Source: Kiloniellales bacterium (lineage in GTDB: Bacteria > Pseudomonadota > Alphaproteobacteria > Kiloniellales > JAKSDN01). From it: a DNA stretch of 64,000 bases. A program made the position numbers and the translations under genes. The DNA is taken from positions 8,769 to 72,768 of the forward strand of contig JBHJOF010000282.1 of the NCBI GenBank assembly GCA_050330055.1, written 5' to 3'. How positions within the stretch are numbered: position 1 is the stretch's first letter; each line of letters starts with the position of its first letter. Below the pieces are notes generated by a model that was given only the letters and a program-made list of their open reading frames with translations, was not told where the DNA came from and did no database searches. This document shows positions 62,384 to 64,000 of the stretch, piece after piece.

Positions 62384-64000
62384 CTAGGCAGCCGTGCGCG
62401 TGCCGCGCAGCCGTTCCGTTGCGGCAAGATCGACTTCCAGCGACTCATCCGACTTGATAACGACGCCGTAGTCCTCGCGGGCACCTTCGATCGAAACCAA
62501 CCCGTTCTTGACGTCCCAGACAACCCTTTCGATGGGACGTTCGAATGGATCGCCATAGCCGCCGCCGCCGGGGTTCATGTTGGCGGCCCGCTCTCCCGGA
62601 TGGATCGTCTCGATGATGTTGTTCCTGATGATCTCCTCATTGCCCTTTCGGGTAATCTGGATACGCCCGACCTTCGGTTCGATCTTGGCCGACTTGGCGC
62701 CGGCGGCGCCGGTTGCCGGGATGCGCCGGCCCTCGCCGAAGGTGACGAAGGTCATCGGCCGATCCAGCGGCTCGACCTCCCAGCAGGTTCCGGACCCTCC
62801 CCGGAGCTTCCCGGCACCTCCAGAGTCGGTCATCAGGCTGTAGCGGTGTATGATGATCGGATAGGAGTACTCAAGGAGCTCGACATCGCCGGAGGTCAGG
62901 GCACCGAAGCAGCACTCCGGGCCGCAGGCATGCCAGCCATCCTGATGCGGCGTGGCGCCTGCCCCGGAGATGATCGACGCCAGAACCATCGTCACGTACT
63001 CCTCGTCGTGGCGCGTGTCCCAGCCGGCGATGTTGCAACCGTTCGCGTGCCCCCAGCCCGCGCTGACCTGATCGGGCGCAGCCTTTTCGAATGCCAGGCG
63101 CACCGCATCGGTCAGGGTTTCCATCGGCGTCGTCGTGCAGTTCATGTGAGGAGCCGGCTCCTTCGCGTTGCACAGGGTGCCTTTCGGCCCCATGTCGACG
63201 CTCACGCAGCGATAGAGTCCCTCGTTGTAGGGCGGCGGCAGCTGGGCGAACATCATCACGCCGAGGTAGACGCCGGAATAGGAATTGCCTTCGTAGGAGT
63301 TGATGAAGTAGGGGATCTGAGGCGGGCTATCGATCTTGATGTGGCAGCTGTCGTCCTTGATGTCGACCGTCGCCGTGATCTCGAGGTCTCCAAAGCCGTG
63401 GCCCGCGTCCTCGACGATGGCCTTTCCCACATAGGTTCCCTGCGGAATCGAGCGCATGAGCGAGCGCATGTGGCGATCCGCCATGGCCAACAACTCTTCG
63501 ACGCAGGCGTGGACTTCCTCGACCCCGTACTTGTCGAGCAAGGCGACCAGGTTTCGCTCGCCTACCTGGACCGCGCCCAGCTGCGCGTTGAAGTCGCCCT
63601 CCTGGTCGCGGCGTGCGCGCATGTTGGTCAGAAGCAGGTTGATGACGTCGTAGCGCTTCTTGCCCGCGTCGACGATCTTGACCGGAGGAATGCGCAGACC
63701 TTCCGCAAAGATCTCCTTGGCGTCGGGGTTGTAGCCGGCCGGGACCGGTCCGCCGATATCGGTCAGGTGCCCCTTGCAGACCGTCCAGAAAACCAGCTCA
63801 TCCTTGTAGAAGACCGGCTTGTATAAGCAGGTGTCGATCATGTGCGATCCCATGTAGGCGGGATCGTTGTGCATGATCACGTCGCCGGGCCGTATGTCCT
63901 CTCCGAAGTAGCCCGCCACCGCCTTCATCGCCGGGATGAGAGAGCCGAGGTGAATCGGGATGTCCTGGCCCTGCATGATCATCTCCGGCTTGTGATCGAA
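62384..64000 (-). CDS. hyuB: Hydantoinase B/oxoprolinase family protein, B subunit; N-terminus beyond the window edge
   Basis: HyuB-like sequence (IMQGQDIPIHLGSL, VIMHNDPYMGSH-like VIMHNDPAYMGSHMID, GGGGYGDP). The frame stays open to the window end. Confidence 0.9.
   Translation of the reverse strand, partial: FDHKPEMIMQGQDIPIHLGSLIPAMKAVAGYFGEDIRPGDVIMHNDPAYMGSHMIDTCLYKPVFYKDELVFWTVCKGHLTDIGGPVPAGYNPDAKEIFAEGLRIPPVKIVDAGKKRYDVINLLLTNMRARRDQEGDFNAQLGAVQVGERNLVALLDKYGVEEVHACVEELLAMADRHMRSLMRSIPQGTYVGKAIVEDAGHGFGDLEITATVDIKDDSCHIKIDSPPQIPYFINSYEGNSYSGVYLGVMMFAQLPPPYNEGLYRCVSVDMGPKGTLCNAKEPAPHMNCTTTPMETLTDAVRLAFEKAAPDQVSAGWGHANGCNIAGWDTRHDEEYVTMVLASIISGAGATPHQDGWHACGPECCFGALTSGDVELLEYSYPIIIHRYSLMTDSGGAGKLRGGSGTCWEVEPLDRPMTFVTFGEGRRIPATGAAGAKSAKIEPKVGRIQITRKGNEEIIRNNIIETIHPGERAANMNPGGGGYGDPFERPIERVVWDVKNGLVSIEGAREDYGVVIKSDESLEVDLAATERLRGTRTAA

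Noticed and set aside
61568-63826. 752-aa plus-strand ORF across hyuA/hyuB
   Set aside because: It is antisense to two well-supported hydantoinase-family genes and has no recognisable motifs.

Overview
High-GC chromosomal window with Rhizobiales-type REP palindromes, so probably an alphaproteobacterium (inference only). Four blocks. (1) 0.2-2.1 kb: a Tat-exported metallophosphoesterase and a c-type cytochrome. This is followed by about 1.3 kb of decayed DNA (2.06-3.36 kb) holding a degenerate tRNA-fMet-like relic and gene remnants. (2) 3.4-24.3 kb: an alpha-glucan/trehalose supercluster. glgP is divergent from a tightly packed plus-strand string glgA-DUF2934-glgE-treS/mak-glgB-glgX-treZ-malQ-treY. 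malQ is split by a frameshift, and a GGAAC-N16-CGTT (EcfG-type) promoter motif lies upstream of glgA. (3) 24.7-45.5 kb: housekeeping and envelope genes (dusA, DUF3179, waaA, glycosyltransferases, nucleotide-sugar enzymes, cspA, a TPR protein). It also holds a lipoprotein/response-regulator/histidine-kinase module, a gamma-glutamyltransferase, and a DUF1611 plus dipeptide-epimerase (dgcN/dgcA-like) pair. (4) 45.6-54 kb: an accessory stretch opened by an IS5-family transposase remnant. It carries a desaturase translationally coupled to a zinc-ribbon/HExxH protein. Next comes a visibly AT-richer islet of very small minus-strand genes, including three unrelated Cys4 zinc-ribbon proteins, DUF1488 and orphans. 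The islet also encodes a secreted Cys-rich protein made of about 7 tandem 30-aa repeats and has two AT-rich (about 30% GC) promoter islands with repeats. The window ends with a hyuB-hyuA plus CUT2-type ABC transporter operon. I regard the small-protein islet and the Cys-repeat protein (48.1-52.6 kb) as the most likely place for uncharacterised biology. No CRISPR array, rRNA or intact mobile element was seen. All family assignments come from reading motifs in the translations, with no database search.
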